Below are positions 40,185 to 53,681 of a DNA stretch of 64,000 bases, one piece after another. The notes beneath the pieces are model-generated. The model was not told the DNA's origin, did no database searches, and saw nothing but the letters and a program-made list of their open reading frames with translations. Where the stretch lies: contig NC_043020.1 of assembly GCF_006345805.1 (NCBI RefSeq), positions 17,174,001 to 17,238,000 on the forward strand. Reading direction: 5' to 3'. The DNA is from Octopus sinensis. Taxonomy: Eukaryota. The translations under genes were made by a program, and so were the position numbers. How positions within the stretch are numbered: the first letter of the stretch is position 1; every line of letters begins with the position of its first letter.

Positions 40185-40683
40185 CATACATATATATATA
40201 CATACACAAACACGGTGTGTGTAAATTGCCTTAAGCTGGACCATCTCTTCCAATCCACTGGTTTCAGAAAGTTCATTAAGAAACTCTCAAACACTCAACC
40301 CTGCACCATTTTGTTGGAAAAATACCCAATGGTCGCAAGTGATGCATCTACAGTACAGCTAATGTTTTTCTGAATTTTCTGAATTGTAAATGTAATTTAT
40401 GGATACCCTGCGTGTGTGTGTGCATATATATATATGTGTGTATGTATGACTTTTAATGTCATGTTATTAGTTTTGTAGCTATGACAATGTAATGACTTTA
40501 ATAATAATTCATAATATATGCATATTTTTTAATGAGTTTGGTCTTCTAACTGTGCTTTTGAGGGCTGTTTCATATGTATTTTGTATTTTGTAATTAACAT
40601 ATCTAAATGTACATTAATATAGAGATAGATGTGTGTGTATTTGTGAATATATATATATATATATAAATTTTTATATATGTATG

Positions 40684-40736
<53 letters not shown>

Positions 40737-41542
40737 ATATATATATATATGTATGTATATATATATATATGTATATATATGTATAAACACATATATATAT
40801 ATATAAATACACATTTATATATATATATATATATATATAATGTGTGTGTGAATATGTAATTTAAAATGGACTTGTTTTGTAAGTGAAAATACCTTCTGTG
40901 TTTTCAACATTTTTACAATATTCATGTTAATTTCATATTTCATTTTCAATAATGTATGAAACCAATATTAATTACTACACTATAAAATTTAAGTCTATTA
41001 CTTAAGATATTATTATGTATGTGATATGTATTATGTATGTGAGAGTGTGTGTGTGTGTAATGTAAAATTGGTATTGAGCATTTTTGTGTGTATATAACAT
41101 GTATTTGGTATATATCTGTGTATGTGTTTGTATGATGACAATGATGATGTTTTTTGTGGATTCATGGCCGGGGGTGGCATTATAAAGTTTGCTTCACAGT
41201 CACAAAGTCTGAGCTGAGTCCTACGTACATGTTTATCTTTTGCCATTTTTATGATTTGGATTAAGCCTGTAATTTGTAATTGAGTAGCTGGAAAATGTGC
41301 TGAAGCCTGCCTGGTGTATTGGAGACGTTATACGAGAGCCTGGCTTCATCACACCGTGTCATGCTGATGATTCGTTCCATGGACCATGTTCAGGGCACAA
41401 GTGTCTAGAATTCACTGAGTGCTTAATTTTGTGGACTAAACAACTTGAAGAAGATTTTTTTTTCACTAAATTTGTAGAGAATCCATCATCAACATCATCA
41501 TCTCTCTCTCTGTCTCTCTCGCTCTCTCTTTTTCATACATAC

Positions 41543-41990
41543 ATATAAATAAATATAAGGATAAGTATGTTAGGCAGGTCACTATACAAAAAAATGTATG
41601 TATGTTTACATACAAAAAGGTCTGATTTACACAGAATAAAAATGATATCAAGAATTAAAGGGGTTGAAGAAAAACTGTTTCTGGGGGCTTGGTGGTTCAA
41701 AATAATGTTTGTAGATTGATTCCATCATCAGATGAGACGAACCTCTGTCTTCAGGAAAGAGATCTTACATTTGAGGCGTTGACAGAAAGATAGAATTCAA
41801 AGATGACAGTTCAAAGCTGTTGGATTTGTAATTCTTTTCTTCTATCCCTTTAATTCCTGATATCATTTCTATTCTGTGTAAGTCGGACCTTTTTGTATGT
41901 AAACACATATACACTTTTTGTATTTCATATATTTTATACACTTTGTACATCGACCTGCCTAACTTGCTTATCCCTACATTTACTTATATA
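41543..41990. repeat. Inverted-repeat element (about 130 bp arms, about 160 bp spacer)
   Basis: 41543-41672 versus reverse complement of about 41830-41990 (GTTAGGCAGGTC; TGTTTACATACAAAAAGGTC; AATGATATCA.GAATTAAAGGG). Confidence 0.8.
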
Positions 41991-44302
41991 CCCACTCAAG
42001 TTTAAACTACTAAGTGTATTCTATATCAGAATATTTGATTCTCATCTATGAAATATGTATATATATATATATATGTGTGTATATATCTATCTATATATCT
42101 ATATATATATACACACATACTCACACATACAAATATATAGATGCATATGCATATATGTGTGTGTATGTATATACATAATGCACAGTATTGATGTTCTATT
42201 TTATGCCCACCATACTACTTGTCCTCACTACTCTTCTGCTTTACATTAACTTCTCTGTATAACATCTCATGCTCTCATCTCAACACACAGCAATCACTCA
42301 TTATCTATTATCTCAATCAACAGCAAATTCGATTTGTTTCTGTTGTATAAGTCAGCCCAAAACTTTAGGGTTTGAAGCACAGGATCATTATGGGAACACT
42401 TTTCTGTTCATCTTGAACCTGGGACTTCAGAGAGCTAGTGGTTCATGCTTTGGAAGGAATGACTGTGTGCTTAAGAAGTTCCCTTTGCAACCCACATGGT
42501 TCCTAGTTCAATACCTTCAGCAAGTATCTTTTACAAAAGCCTTGAGTTGACCAAAACCTTAATAGGAATTTGATAGATGGATGCTGAATGGAATTCTACC
42601 ATGTATTTCAAAGGATATAAGCATAGTGAGAAACCAAGAATTCTGAGATACTCTCTTGTTACTCTGACTGGCAGAAATATTGTGAACCATCAAGAGGGCT
42701 TTTGGAAACTTGTAACCAAGAATGCTATTAATCTTCCATCTATCTATCTTCTCCATCCACTGTTCATGGAAAGTATCCTCAGGCACCTTTTCTTTAAGTT
42801 TCTGTCAAAAGCAATCATCATTAAACTTTTTGACTGTGTTCCCAGGTGTGACCACCTGAGACCAGGGAGATTATCTAACTCAGTCTTGTTCTCAGGTTGA
42901 CTCGGCTTGAAGAACCCATCTTGTGATTCTTTTCTCCAATATTCTAACCACATATCCACAGTTCATGGAGAAGTAGTGACTCGACTTGGAGCAACCTCTG
43001 AGTTATGCGATCCCTCAAGTAGCATTACTCCAGAGATCCTCTGGAGGAACTCTATTTTGGCCACTTGTATTTGTAGTCTTTCAGTCATAGATTGCAATAT
43101 ACAGAAATAGGAGTTTAGTATGGGGGTCTGAAAGATATGACGGGTAGAATGCTGGGAAAAAAAGAGGCAAGTGGATCTTGTGGAGATTGGCTATGGCACG
43201 ATCCAGAGAAGCTGGGGGCAATGTAATTGTGACACAAAAGACAGAGAGCAAATGTCAAGCCTGCAACTTAGTTGCAGAAGAGAATCATTGGCAATAAGTC
43301 ATTGGCCATCTTTTCTGATATGGGTCTTGGATGTCCATTTAATTATCAACCATATTAGATAAAGCTCACCACATATACATATTAAAGGGTTTTGTGTTCT
43401 AATCAAGCTGAAGCCCAATCAAAAAGCAAAGGAAAAAACATGTAGCATATATGTATGAGGACTGAAAACTGCCTGAAAATTACAAACGCTGCTCATGTAT
43501 AAGATGTTAAAAAGGAAGTGGAATTTCTATTGAGGACATGTAGTAAGGTGGATAGTGACACCAATGTGTTCATGTGGATATCTACCTAACAATATGAATA
43601 TGTGTGTGTATGTATGTATACATACTTAAATACATATATGTTATATTATGTATGTATTTATATACGTATTATATCTCTCCTGTTTTGTGTGTGTGTGTGC
43701 GTGCTCGGCTGTATAGGATATTTAGTAGTTGATTGATTTTGATTCATTGCATTACTCATTGTAGTATTCACACGTGCACACATATATGTGTGTGTGTGTT
43801 TGTATGTATGTGTATTCTTCTGTGACGGGGTATTTTCCTGTGCAGTGGGTGACTATTTCAACCTTGTATTCCATAGGATGAAACCATGAATAGAAGAGAT
43901 AAAAAGGGCAGAACTACTACATTAAAGGACAATGCTGTACTCAATGGCCAGGTCAGCTAACACACTCTGTTGTCCTCTCATGCTCTCTCTCTTCCTCTCT
44001 CTCATGACTTTCTCATCTCTCTCTCTCATCTCTGTAATTTCACTCTCTTATCTTTCTTTCTTACCCTCTCATGTTATTAAGCTTACAGATTTTGCTGTGT
44101 TGCTGATATGAATTATGCACACTTCACCACAAAATGTATATTGAGTACCTTAATTTATACACATGTAAACCACCTCAGGTTTTGTGTGTGTGTGCATGTA
44201 TTGAATCTGTTGCACCAAGGTGACTCCGATGTAACATTGCAGATTGCAGTCAAAGATTATTGATTAAAAGTATTACATGTAACATATATATATGTGTGTG
44301 TG

Positions 44303-44333
<31 letters not shown>

Positions 44334-47300
44334 ACACACACATACATACACATAATCATCATCATTGTTTAATGTCTGCCTTCCATGCTGGCATGAGTGA
44401 TATATATATGCGTGTATATCATGGTATGGACAAGATTATCAGATGTTGTTGTATACTGCTGCTCCCAATGTGCTTTATGTTGTTTTAGCTTTCTAATGAG
44501 GCCCACCCAACAAGCCCCTTGAATGGAACACCAGGGCATTGTAGGGTTACCTTTTTACAGCTGAGTGAACTGAGGTGACGTGAAATGAAGTGTTTTGCTC
44601 AAGAACACGATGCACAGCTGGTATGGGAATCAAAACCATAATCTTGCCACTGGGCCACACACCCACACCCACACACACACGCTTGTATAGATGTTGTCTC
44701 TGAATATATGTTATTTGATGGAACCTATTTCAAGGCAGCTGGAATATATGTATTTTGCTAACAGGTTAATTTGCAACATCAGTGCCTGTTCAGGTACTGC
44801 TAATCTATATAAAGTTGGTGGGGTGATGAATCACTGCTGCCTCTAGCAGTTGAGTGTCTATCACTGACAAGGTCAAACAAGGTCGAAATCACCTGATCTG
44901 GTGGTTTCAGTGCTGGAGGTAGTGGGGATTTATCTCCCTGCTAATGATATAAACAAGAGTGCATTTTACACTGTAAAAGCCAATATGAGGGTTTCTCTCA
45001 TGGTAACTACTGGAGTATAGTTTGTTGTAATAGAACATCAGTGTTTAAGTGAGGATAAATATTACCTCCCAGTTTTAATACTGCCTCTGTCGCTGTTGTA
45101 TGTCATCATCATTATGTCTCAACCTCTTTATTTCCATGCCTGCATGGGTTGGGGCAGGACTGTTATGCAACATCATTCTCATCCGATTTGATCATGTCTA
45201 GATTCACAGAGGAAATCTAATCCAAATTCTGTAAATATTCTTAGTCATGCTCAGTGCTTTTTGATTGACTTATGTTAGTCTACCGAAATAGGCATTTTCT
45301 ACCAACCTCGCTCGATCATGTTGTATAACCATGGTCCACTTTGCTTATTACTTACTGGAAATGACTTTGAATGAATGATAATAAATGGTTTCATAGTAAG
45401 CAGTGTAAGGAGTCATAAGTGCCTAAGCAAAATTTACTGAGTAGGGTGTAAACCCAGCTTTTCAGGAGGCTGTTCAAAGCATTTTCACTGCTCCCCAAAA
45501 CTTTTAGGTGGTACACTTGCACCCTTTGCGACCCCTGTTCCTGAGTCAGTGTAAGGAATAATGAGAAATTTTACTTCAGTTTAGTATAATTCACCAGTTT
45601 CTCTTCAGTTTTAAAATTGTGAAATAAGGTAAGTCTGTGAGCCGTAAGGTGAGGTGAGTTCTGATGTTTTGAGTGTAGTTATTCTTGGAAGAAAATATTT
45701 TTTCTCAATGCTGACCATCTCAGTTTTCTTGGGTTTGGTTTTACTTTTTTATTCACCTTCAATTATATTCTAGATATGAAAGATGTTGTTACATCCCTAT
45801 CTGCAAGGTTTTAATTAACCATTTTGTTAACCAGAAGTAATATTGTTGCTATTTATGTGCTTCATTTAAATTTGGAAAGAATAAAAAATTTGGAGGGGTT
45901 TAGTAAATTAACTCTTTCATTACTAAGCTTCTGTTTGAAATGTATCTTAATGAAAGTTCCTTATATAAAACCATGATGAAAAGTTTTAATTTAAATATGG
46001 ATGAATATTTTTAAACAAGGCAGTTTTATATCGTAGAACCATCATAGAATCTGTGGTGCTCTAAATAGCAAACTGACACTCTTCTTATATGACTTCTAGA
46101 TTCTAAAAATAACTGAGATCTGAAAAATTCTTTAGGAGAACCCACTTGTAAAAATTTTCTTTTCAATGACTTCTTGAATTTTATCAGGCCAGCCTTGGTC
46201 TGTTTGAATAATAACAATTGCTGTTTTGTTACTAGATTACTTGTGGTCTATGTCAGTTAAAAGGCTTGATAAAATATTTTGTATACCTTACAATGGTAGT
46301 ATTTTAGATGGGATTGTATGACAGCGAATGGTTGTTTTTTTTTTGTTTTGCTTTTTTGTTTTTTGGTATATAGAGAAACTTAGTCCTTTAGCATTGAGAT
46401 TACTCTGGCAAATGTAATGCTTCTATATATTCACATTGCTTTGAATTAATCATGCATTATATTGAAGCTTGAGATTTTGATGATGTGATTGTTTATTTTT
46501 AGAATGACATTATAGGGTGGGCGTGAGAAGCCAGGTCTGGCTGGTTTGAAAATAAAAGAAATAGAAAATTTGGGTTGGGTATGACCAGTTTAAATGCTAT
46601 GGAGTTAATATGATTGAGTGTTATGCTTTTAACAAAGTTAACAGCAGAATGAAATCTAAAGCATAATTAAAAATATTTGAATGAATCAATGTTATAAAGT
46701 TGTATAAACCTGCACACAAAAATACAAATAATAACATTTACAAGAGTGGAATTTTTATTCATCCTGCTAGTAAATTATAAATTGGAACAAAATCATTTTA
46801 TAAAACTTCCTTTACATTTTTTCCTGCTTATTCACACATTTCCAACTTAGAATAGTGTGGCATTTTACTGCTTTCCTATTTTCTAATGACAGCATACACC
46901 ACATATATGATTCACCTGTTTTATCTGTGTGATACCTCGGGTGAGTGTTTTCTACGAAAGTCTCAGGTCAACCAAAAGCATTGTGAGTGAATTTAGTAGC
47001 CAAAAACTTAAAGAAACCTGTCGTGTGTGTGTGTGTCTTTTTGTTTTTGTCCTTCACCACCACTTGACAACTGGTATTGATTTGTTTATGTCCCTGTAAC
47101 CTGGCAGTTCAGCAAAAAGAAATCAATAGAATAAGTACCTGGCTTTAAAAAAATTAAGTATTGGGGTCAATTCATTCATCTAAACTCATCAGAACAGTGC
47201 CCCAGCATGGCTGCAGTCCAATGGCTGAAACAAAGTAAATGATAAAAAATAAATATTAGCGTCATGTGATTATATCTTTCTCTGTCTGTAATGCTCATAA

Positions 47301-48508
47301 ATGCAGATCATTTTGGTGGTATTACTGATACTGTCAATAATTGTTTTAGCCTAATTTAAAACTTCTGTGTTTAAACTGACATCCTTTAAAAGTGTCAAAA
47401 AGATCTCTTTCTATTCATATATCATTTGAATCTTTAGTGAATAATTGAAATAATGTTTTATCAGCATTATAGGCTTGTCTTTAAATTAAGTCAGCCTCTC
47501 TTTCTGTCTGTCTGTCTCTCAACACTGTAAAGTGGTTTGCATTTGGAAGGGCATCCAACTAAAAATCATGCCTAAACTAGCCTCACCTATGCTAGTGCCA
47601 TGCAAAAAGTACTGAGTCCACCCTACAGATTGGTTGGTGTTAGAAAGGGTATCCAGCTGTCAAATCTCTGCTAAAACAGATACAGTAGCCTGGGGTAGTC
47701 TTCTACCTGGCTGGCTCCTATCAATTGTTCTACCCATGTATGCATGCAAGACGGATGTTAAACAATGATGTTATATATATATATATGTATATTTGGTCCA
47801 AATAATAAGACAAAGAAATACTTTAACACATTTTTAATGGTCAGTTACAATTTGTATTTCTTTGTCTTATTTGGATTTATGCTTTACTCTTTGCTACACC
47901 CACACAGTGGTTTTACTGTCATAAAACCAGAATTTTCTATATCTAAAGAATCTGAGAGTGTTGGTAGCCCAGAACTCAGGTTGAGTGCTTTTTTGGAAAT
48001 ACCTTACCTTTATACGCTGTCAGGACTATATATAAAGAGAGAAAGAGAGAGAGTTTTTGAAGTGATGTACAGATATTGTATATTTAGAATAACAAGGTAG
48101 TCAGAATGTAGATGATTATATATATTTTCTTATTTACATATTTAGCACTTTCTTTCGTTATTAGATTTATCAAAAGTGGTTTCAAGTTAGATTTCTTGGC
48201 CTTTTTATATATAAAAAATTTCGTGGGGTTTGCCAGGCAAGGGAGAAGAGAGAAGAAAAAAGTTTTTGAGATTGAGGGGAGATAAAGAGTCATGGCTTTT
48301 GTATTGGCATGGTCAGACTTGTTTGTTTAGTACTTCGTGGCCTTTTAAGGTGGGGAATGAAAAAGAATTTTTGTATTTGAATTGGTTAAGATCTTAACTG
48401 AAAAACTAGATGTTGTTTTAGACTTTCTCAGTAAAAATTATAATTGCATTTCCAGGTCTTAGAATAGTTGTATGGATGTGGTCAACTTTTTTGGGTTGAA
48501 ATTCAGGA

Positions 48509-48544
<36 letters not shown>

Positions 48545-48569
48545 TGCTGTGTGAGTGTATAGTGAACTC

Positions 48570-48902
48570 AGAAATCACTCTTTCAAAAACATTTAGAATT
48601 TCAATCAAAAAAAGTTGATCACATCCACACCAACAACAACACTGAACACCTTTTTGATCTCCATGTGTCTAACACACGTGGACATGCCTACAAAGTCAGA
48701 AAACAACACAGCTCCCATGACTTTCGGAAACATTTTTTCACGCTCACAGTTGCTGAAGCATGGAATAAACTGCCTGCATCAGTTGTTGACTGCCATGACA
48801 CTGCATCCTTTAAGGCCCTCATGCTTTCCGAAATCCGTCGAAACTACACCTGATTATATATACACTTTAGATGAGTTGTAGTGCACCTGAGCACTGTACA
48901 CA

Positions 48903-48938
<36 letters not shown>

Positions 48939-48940
48939 CA
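48570..48940 (+). mobile_element. CR1-type LINE 3' end with (ATT)n tail
   Basis: SNTRGHAYKVRKQHSSHDFRKHFFTLTVAEAWNKLPASVV; paralog of 1640-2085. Confidence 0.88.
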
Positions 48941-49177
48941 ACTATTCTATAACAAATACAAAAGAACAAGACCTGGAAATGCAATTATAATTTTTACTGA
49001 TGAAAGTCAAAAGCAACATCTGGTTTTTCAATTAAAACCTTGACCAATTCAAATACAAAAATTCTTATTAACTATAAACAAAACATTCGTGCAAGTTGTT
49101 TGGCTGAACGTTCACACATTCACACATCGTTTCCATGGGAGAGTCCATCATATATATATATAAATTGTGTGTATAAA

Positions 49178-51585
49178 TCATCATCATCATCATCATCATC
49201 ATTTAGCGTCCGTTTTCCATGCTAGCATGGGTTGGACGGTTCTACTGGGGTCTGTGAAGCCAGAAGGCTTCATCAGGCCCAGTCAAATCTGGCAGTGTTT
49301 CTACGGCTGGATGCCCTTCCTAACGCCAACCACTCCGTGAGTGTAGTGGGTGCTTTTTACGTGCCACCCGCACTGGTGCCAGACAGAGCTGGCAAACGGC
49401 CACGAACGGATGGTGCTTTTTATGTGCCACCGGCACGAGGGCCAGGCGAGGCTGGCAACGGACACGAAACGGGGCGGTGCTGGCAACGGTCGCGAAACGG
49501 AAAGTTCTCTTACATGCCACCGGCACTGGTAACACATCTGCAATTTCCATTGATCGATTTCCATTGATCGATTTCGATTCTGATCCTCACTTGCCTCAAT
49601 GGGTCTTCACAAGCAGAGTTTCGACATGCCACCGGCACTGGTAGCACATCCGCAATTTCCATTGATCGATTTCGATTCTGATCCTCACTTGCCTCAACAC
49701 GTCTTCACAAGTAGAGTTTTGTGTCCCAAGAAGGGAAGGTATGCATACGTAGGCTGGCTCCATCCCATGTAGAAGGCCACGGTTGTGGACTCACTTGTCC
49801 TGCCGGGTCTTCTCTCGCGCACAGCACACTTCCAGAGGTCTCGGTCTCTAGTCATTTCCTCAGTGAGACCTAAAGTTCGAAGGTCGTGCTTCACCACCTT
49901 GTCCTAGGTTTTCCTGGGTCTGCCTCTTCCACAGGTTCCCTCAACCGCTAGGGTGTGGCACTTTTTCACACAACTATCTTCATCCATTCTCGCCACATGA
50001 CCATACCAGCGCAAACGTCTCTCTTGCACACCACAACTGATGCTTCTTAGGTCCAGCTTTTCTCTCAAGGTACTTACACTCTGCCGAGTGTGAGTACCGG
50101 CATTACACATCCATCGGAGCATACTGGCTTCATTTCTAGCGAGCTTACGCATATCCTCAGCAGTCACGGCCCATGTTTCACTGCCATGTAGCATGGCTGT
50201 TCGTACACACGCATCATACAGTCTGCCTTTCACTCTGTGCGAGAGGCCTTTTGTCACCAGCAGGGAGGTAAGAGCTCTCTGAACTTTGCCCAGCTATTCT
50301 TACTCTAGCAGTTACACTTTCAGCACACCCCCCCCCGCTGCTGACTTGGTCACCTAGGTAACGGAAACTATCAACTATTTCTAGTTTTTCTCCCTGGAAA
50401 GTGACGGAAGTTGGTCTCAGAGCATTTTCAGGTGTTTATTGTTCCTGAGCATCTGCCACATACAAAAACCATCTTCCTAGTTAGCCTTCCTTTGACATTG
50501 CTGCATCTCTTATGTGTCCATAGCTTACACTTGGTGCATCTTATAGAGTTTCTACCTACTACACTTTTCTACAGATCGAGCAGGGCCATCTACCTGAAGG
50601 TGTTTGTGATTTGTCTACCTTCCTACTGATTACGACTTTGGTTTTAGCTAGATTGACTCTGAGGCCCTTCGATTCTAATCCTTGTTTCCACACCTGAAAC
50701 TTCTCCTCCAGTTCTGATAGCGACTCAGCAATTAGAGCAAGGTCATCAGCATAGAGGAGCTCCCAAGGGCATCCTGTCTTGAATTCCTCCGTTATTGCCT
50801 GGAGGACTATGATAAATAGGAGGGGGCTGAGTACTGAGCCTTGGTGGACCCCTACCTCTACCCGGAATTCTTCACTGTACTCATTTCCAACCCTCACCCT
50901 ACTAGCGGCGTCCCTATACATGGCCCGCACAGCTCTCACTAACCATTCATCTATCCCTAGTTTTCTCATTGCCCACCAGATAAGGGATCGGGGGACCCTG
51001 TCGAAGGCTTTCTCCATGTCAACAAAAGCCAGGTACAGGGGCTTATCTTTGGCTAGGTATTTCTCCTGCAGCTGCCTTACCAGGAATATAGCATCAGTAG
51101 TACTTTTCCCTGGCACAAACCCAAACTGCATCTCATCTAACTAACTCTCTCTCTAATTAGTTGGCTATGACCCTCTCCGTAACCTTCATCACCTGGTCCA
51201 ACAGCTGATACCTCTGTAGTTATTTGTATCTAGGGCATCACCTTTACCTTTGTAGCAGTTGACTATTATACTGCTACACCAGTCATTGGGTATGACCCCT
51301 TTGTGTATCACCTGATTAACTATATGGGTGACTAGGCTATAGCCGACACTACCAGACATTTTGAGCATCTCTGCAGTGATTCCTGATGGGCCTGGGGCTT
51401 TCCCTGTCTTCATGCTTCTAATTGCCTTAGCTACCACAGAACTATCAACTCGGATAGCTGGTCCCTCTGTTGGGTCAACATTCGGCAGACTCTCTTTATC
51501 CCATTCATTTTCTTCATTCAGCAACCTTTCATAGTGGCATCTCCAAACCTCTCTCTTCGCATCCTCATTTAGCGCAAGTGAACCA
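49178..51585 (-). mobile_element. Young 5'-truncated RTE-clade LINE (RT domain, PHD-type finger, C-terminus, repetitive 3' UTR, (GAT)n tail)
   Basis: ORF pieces 51189-51635, 50559-51131 (QFGF, DMEKAFD, GVHQGSVLSP, YADD), 49904-50257 and 49694-49897 are separated by frameshifts; CpG-rich; about 110 bp tandem duplication in the 3' UTR at 49510-49700. Confidence 0.95.
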
Positions 51586-53175
51586 TATAAATATCTATGT
51601 AAAAATTGATTCTGTCTAGTATTAAAACAAATCAATAGTTTTTTTTCATGTCAATCAGATTCCGTATTAATTTCTTTGAAAATAACTTTCTGAAAAGCAT
51701 AAGTGTTACATCCTCACTTACCTTTCTGTACAAATCTAAAGCTATAGGAACAAAATTTCTATCTTATACAAAGCTTGTTCTTAATTCATCTTTTAACTAA
51801 TAGCTTTTCATCTTCACTATTAATCCACCAGTGCTAACTCCATATTGACATGTGTGATCATGACTGTTGTTGTGTTGTGGCATTCAGATTTAGATGTCAA
51901 ATGTAATGCTTATTTATTCATATCGTTTTGATTAATTAATCATGCATTATCTCATAGCTTCAAGATTTCAGTTGTGAGACTAGTTTAAAATGACATTATA
52001 GGGTAGGTGTGAGAAGCTGGATCTAGCCAGTTTGAACATAAAACTGGTAGAATATTTGACTTGGATTTGGCCAGTTTCAATGCTACTGGGTTAAATGTGT
52101 TTGAGCGTTATGCTTTTAACAAAGTTAACTACTGAATGAAATCTAAGATAACTGAAAATCTTTTAATGAATCATTGTTATGAAGTCCTACAAATTTATGT
52201 ATCAAAATGCAAATTCATTTTCTTTTTTTTAACAATTATTTCACATTTAATCTTTCTCTCATTCTAACTCAACATAGTGCAGAGTATGAGTGTCCTGCAA
52301 ATGTGGATTTTGCTTTACCAATCTCTCTCTCTTTCTCTCTGACAGAAATGGCTTTTCTGATGATTTTTCCACCTTAATAATTAGATGTTTATATATATAT
52401 ATATATGCACATAAATGCAAAATAATGTGGAAAAAGATAGTACTCTAATACTGAAAGTAGAGTAATATGCTTTCATAAAAGCCAACTTGTATTACCATTC
52501 ATCGGACAGTTCTGGCAATCACAACTGTTTGGCAAGTGCTAACATGAACCTCTGAGTAACAGTCTGTGAAGATTTTGCCCGCTTTAACCTTTTAGCATTC
52601 ACATTATCTTCTAACTTTACGATTTTGCTGGGGTAATTGAATGATATTTTAGAATTTGTTGGTGTGAAAGGCCAAGTGTGACCAGTTTGAACAGGTAGAA
52701 TATTTTGACCAGATATGACCAGTTTAAGTGCGAGAGGGTTAATAAATGTGTGTGTTTTTTTGTTAACTGCTTTGGCATATTTCATTTCACTTATGCTACT
52801 GATATCATATGGAAAAGCATAAAACTCACAACTTAGTAGCTTTCCTTGCAAAATTTTGGAACGATTGTCTCTTGAAGTTTCACACCTTATAGGAAAGAAA
52901 AAAAATTACAGAAAAGAAAGGGAAGCAGAAATGTTAAAAAAAGGAATAATTTGTTTGGAACGGTGGCCCTTGAAGCACATAAAGCTATATATAAATAACA
53001 GTTTATAAACATTATGGAGATATACTTGCATAGTGAGTGACTTGATCTGAGATCGTGTGCTGGAACGAAAACAATTGCAGTGTGGAAGGTGTTTATAAGC
53101 CATTTAAGAAACACACAAAAAACCATTACATTTACTTCAACATTTATATTTATGCATCACGATGCAGCACGAAGG

Positions 53176-53226
53176 TTTGTCAGTGAACAGGTCGCGGTCT
53201 CAAAGCGACGAAAATATTTTGACAAA
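53176..53226 (+). ncRNA. Putative minimal type I hammerhead ribozyme, G3-C8 core variant
   Basis: TTTGTCA-GTGAACA-G-GTCGC(ggtctcaaa)GCGAC-GAAA-ATATT-T-TGACAAA: 7 bp stem I, 5 bp stem II, palindromic AATATT stem III. Confidence 0.6.
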
Positions 53227-53294
53227 TTAAATTTAAATGTTGAAGTGAATCGAACGGCTTTTGTTTGTTTCTTAAATGGCTTATAAACATCTTC

Positions 53295-53681
53295 GTGGAG
53301 GCGCAATGGCCCAGTGGTTAGGGCAGCGGACTCGCGGTCATAGGATCGCGGTTTCGATTCCCAGACCGGGCGTTGTGAGTGTTTATTGAGCGAAAACACC
53401 TAAAAGCTCCACGAGGCTCCAGCAGGGGATGGTGGTAATCCCTGTTGTACTCTTTCACCACAACTTTCTCTCACTATTACTTCCTGTTTCTGTTGTACCT
53501 GTATTTCAAGGGGCCGGCCTTGTCACTCTCTGTGTCACGCTGAATATCCCCGAGAACTACGTTAAGGGTGCATGTGTCTGTGGAGTGCTCAGCCACTTAC
53601 ACGTTAATTTCACGAGCAGGCTGTTCCGTTGATTCGGATCAACCGGAACCCTCGTCGTCATAACCGACGGAGTGCTTCCCC
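53295..53681 (+). mobile_element. Young, apparently full-length tRNA-derived SINE with 10 bp TSD
   Basis: A box TGGCCCAGTGG 53307-53317; B box GGTTTCGATTCC 53350-53361; TSD AAACATCTTC at 53285-53294 and 53682-53691; decayed relative at about 19205-19510. Confidence 0.9.

Noticed and set aside
41790-41825. Possible degenerate hammerhead in the IR spacer
   Set aside because: Too many core mismatches and no convincing stems.
45581-45635. Acceptor plus AAG|gtaagt donor as a poison micro-exon
   Set aside because: Such motifs are expected by chance in AT-rich introns; there is no other support.
53295-53370. tRNA-like sequence with A and B boxes
   Set aside because: No proper acceptor stem or canonical anticodon arm; it continues into a SINE body bounded by a TSD.
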